Source: Leptospirales bacterium
GTDB taxonomy: Bacteria > Spirochaetota > Leptospiria > Turneriellales > JAOUFE01
Direction of reading: 5' to 3'
NCBI GenBank assembly: GCA_040326155.1
Contig: JBEQLE010000002.1
Coordinates: 1-64,000, forward strand
Length of the DNA stretch: 64,000 bases
Below are positions 61,735-64,000 of this stretch, in pieces. Below the pieces are notes generated by a model. That model did not search any database, was not told where the DNA came from, and saw only the letters and a program-made list of their open reading frames with translations. Position 1 is the stretch's first letter. Every line of letters starts with the position of its first letter. The position numbers and the translations under genes were made by a program.

Positions 61735-63075
61735 CTATAACGGTTTTAAGTCTTTTAAAAGCCGACCAATTTCCTTTCTATCAATTTTCATCGTCTGGGT
61801 AAAAGGAAAATTTTCCATGGTGTAATATTTATGCGGCAACTCGTTATTTTCAAGTTTACCCTTAAGTTTTTTAATAAGTTCTGAGCGTCCTATTCCGCAA
61901 TCTCCTTCAAACACAAGGCAGATTAAATTTCCCAAGGTGGGGTGTTCCTGCGGGACCACAGCGATGCCGGTCTCGGGAAAAATTTCCGTTACCTTGCCCT
62001 CGATGTGTTTCAAAGAGACTTTATTGCCCCCGACTTTTATTTCATCGTCGCTTCGACCTGCCAGGACCATCACCCCATGGTCTGTTTTAACAATGTCGCC
62101 AGTTGCATGCCACTGTATGGATTTGTCAAAAATGCCGTTGCGAATATATCCCTGGAACAGGAAATCTGACTTTACGTACAACTGCCCTTCTCTGGTCTCG
62201 TACTCCATTCCCTCTATGCAATTGCCGATTCCGTCAATAAGTTCGGGAGCCATCGACGAGTTTACCGGTTGAATAAAAAAGCGACCACCGAGTTCGGCCA
62301 GCCCGTAGACTTTGAAAAAAACAGCTTCGGGAAATTTTGACAGAATACTTGTGATGGAATTTTTATAAATAAAATCTCCGGATGTAAAAAAGAATGCCGG
62401 TTTATAATTCGGTTTGATTTTCGCCAGCGACATTAGTATGTGCATGGGAGAACCCAAAATGGAACAATTTTCATTTTTTTCCAGTATTTCGGGAAGAGAA
62501 TCAATATGATCGAAATCGGAAAAAATTAAAAAACTTTCGGTAATATAATGAACAAGAAAATGACTCAATGCACTCATCAGGTAAGGTTTAAGCATGGTAA
62601 TTCCGGTGAAACCCGAAAGGCCCATCGCGCTTGCCGTTTCTCTGGCATTGTCAAAAAAGTGTTTTTTTACATGGACAATCCCTTTGGGGGTTCCCGTGCT
62701 TCCGGATGAAAAGATGATGGTATCAAAATCTATTTTTTCCATTGCCTCGACTTCCGTGAAATCGGGGTTTTCAGTGATTTGAATTTTTTCATCATTGTAT
62801 TGTATAACGTGAGTGTAGTGTGGAAATATTTTTTTTCCCTGAAAGTGATCTCTTGTCGGGAAAATGACTTTGGCATCGGCTTTCCACGCGGCAAATAATA
62901 TTGTATATAACTCTATTGGGTTTTCAGTGGCGATTAAATAAAAACGTTCGGGAGCCGACGGTATGGCTCCGGTCAATAGGTTGACACGTTCGGAAAACTC
63001 GGTGTCAGTCATCGATGTATCACGATACTGAATCAGTTTCCGGTTTTCGTGTTTGCTTAACAGTTGATCAAGCAT
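61735..63075 (-). CDS. ANL-superfamily adenylating enzyme, cassette 2
   Basis: FSSGSTGTPKG, YGLAE, ATGD, GRSDDEIKVGG and PFTQTMKIDR motifs. Confidence 0.9.
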   Translation of the reverse strand: MLDQLLSKHENRKLIQYRDTSMTDTEFSERVNLLTGAIPSAPERFYLIATENPIELYTILFAAWKADAKVIFPTRDHFQGKKIFPHYTHVIQYNDEKIQITENPDFTEVEAMEKIDFDTIIFSSGSTGTPKGIVHVKKHFFDNARETASAMGLSGFTGITMLKPYLMSALSHFLVHYITESFLIFSDFDHIDSLPEILEKNENCSILGSPMHILMSLAKIKPNYKPAFFFTSGDFIYKNSITSILSKFPEAVFFKVYGLAELGGRFFIQPVNSSMAPELIDGIGNCIEGMEYETREGQLYVKSDFLFQGYIRNGIFDKSIQWHATGDIVKTDHGVMVLAGRSDDEIKVGGNKVSLKHIEGKVTEIFPETGIAVVPQEHPTLGNLICLVFEGDCGIGRSELIKKLKGKLENNELPHKYYTMENFPFTQTMKIDRKEIGRLLKDLKPL

Positions 63076-63328
63076 TGTTATTATTCAACTTGGTTTCAAG
63101 ATAATCGACGATACGATTCACCGTTCCGAGTGTATCAAGTGTAAGGTCGAAAGGGTCGATCGATATGGAAAACTCAGTTTCCATGAACATGATAACCTGC
63201 AGAACATTGATTGAATCGAGAAAGTCATTTTTAAATATTTCTTCATCAACACTTGTCAGTGTTTTTCCAGCGAGAGTTTCCACCTCTCCTTTTATTTTGT
63301 TTATTAGTTTCGCTCTTTCTATGGCCAT
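63068..63328 (-). CDS. Acyl carrier protein (DltC-like), cassette 2
   Basis: FLDSINVLQVIMFMETEF contains the phosphopantetheine Ser. Confidence 0.9.
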   Translation of the reverse strand: MAIERAKLINKIKGEVETLAGKTLTSVDEEIFKNDFLDSINVLQVIMFMETEFSISIDPFDLTLDTLGTVNRIVDYLETKLNNNNA

Positions 63329-63348
63329 TTTATACTCTCTGTTTTATT

Positions 63349-64000
63349 TTAATTCCCAAGCAGGGGTTTTAGTGACTTTACTATATAAGGAAAATAATAG
63401 GCACGACCTTGATCATTCAAATGGTTTGTATCCGCAAAATAATTTTGATTTCCTTTCATCATGTACGGTGGTATTTCGATATGGACTATGTTATTATATT
63501 TATTTTCCAGATTTTTCATCTTTGCCATAATCAAACTACTTTCATTGCGTTGGGGCAGATCGAGAATAATGAATTGATACCCTTTTTGCTCGCATAACAA
63601 ATAGAGTTGTTCAAGAAAATAAAAGTTGATTTCTATAGACCGGCGCACTATCTCTTTTTTCTCCTCGCTATTCCTCCCTTTCTTGTGTTTTTTGCGCTTT
63701 AAAGATGTTGGTCGAACTTTATTGCGATATTCCTTCATGTTTTGTATAATAGGACGCTCATCATGGAATAAATTATTCAGTCCTGTTCGATTCAATTTCC
63801 ATTTAACAAATATGATTGCATCCTTAAGTGCATATACGTATGGATTGATTTTAGCGGCAAATCGATAAGAAAACTTTGGCTTGTTCCCATGGTTCCCGTA
63901 TTTGTTTTTATAATCTTCCATTACTTCAAGTACTTTATTCGATTCTAAAAAATAAGGATAATCACTGCCGTTCAAATAATTTACTTTGGATATTCTGCTT
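63349..64000 (-). CDS. SGNH/DltD-like protein, cassette 2 (5' end beyond the window)
   Basis: Frame stays open to the window edge; IILDLP and YFADTNHLNDQG (DxxH); upstream of ACP, ligase and MBOAT. Confidence 0.7.
   Translation of the reverse strand, partial: SRISKVNYLNGSDYPYFLESNKVLEVMEDYKNKYGNHGNKPKFSYRFAAKINPYVYALKDAIIFVKWKLNRTGLNNLFHDERPIIQNMKEYRNKVRPTSLKRKKHKKGRNSEEKKEIVRRSIEINFYFLEQLYLLCEQKGYQFIILDLPQRNESSLIMAKMKNLENKYNNIVHIEIPPYMMKGNQNYFADTNHLNDQGRAYYFPYIVKSLKPLLGN

Noticed and set aside
1..64000. Short antisense/overlapping ORFs in the track; CRISPR arrays, IS elements, tRNA/rRNA
   Set aside because: The shadow ORFs lie within well-supported genes and have no motifs. I recognised no repeat-spacer arrays, transposases or RNA genes by eye; no computational scan was run.

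Overview
Nearly the whole window is one large bacterial surface-polysaccharide (O-antigen/capsule/EPS-type) locus; the host taxon cannot be assigned from the sequence alone. It opens with a toxin-antitoxin tail, a Sel1 protein and a sulfate-activation block (cysD, cysN with a degenerate APS-kinase domain, cysQ). A LoaP/RfaH-type NusG paralog and a UUCG-loop hairpin then precede a ~52 kb co-oriented + strand run (5187-57670). The run encodes galU/ugd, Wzm/Wzt export, a dTDP-4-aminosugar pathway with WbqC, a nonulosonate-like pathway, GDP-fucose, UDP-sulfoquinovose, many glycosyltransferases and many decorating enzymes (3 sulfotransferases, 4 methyltransferases, O-acyltransferases, a deacetylase). 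The standout is two related Dlt-like acyl-transfer cassettes (19917-26764 on +; 58115-64000 mostly on -). Each has an adenylating ligase, an ACP, an MBOAT, a DltD-like SGNH protein and a tandem-flavodoxin Fe-S protein. Each also has a 40-aa membrane peptide ending F-R-Y-x-G-F (22412-22534 and 60382-60504), missing from the ORF track and resembling the DltX tyrosine acyl shuttle. The ligases appear to lack the amino-acid-binding Asp of DltA, so the cargo is inferred to be an unknown, possibly redox-tailored, non-D-alanine acyl group.
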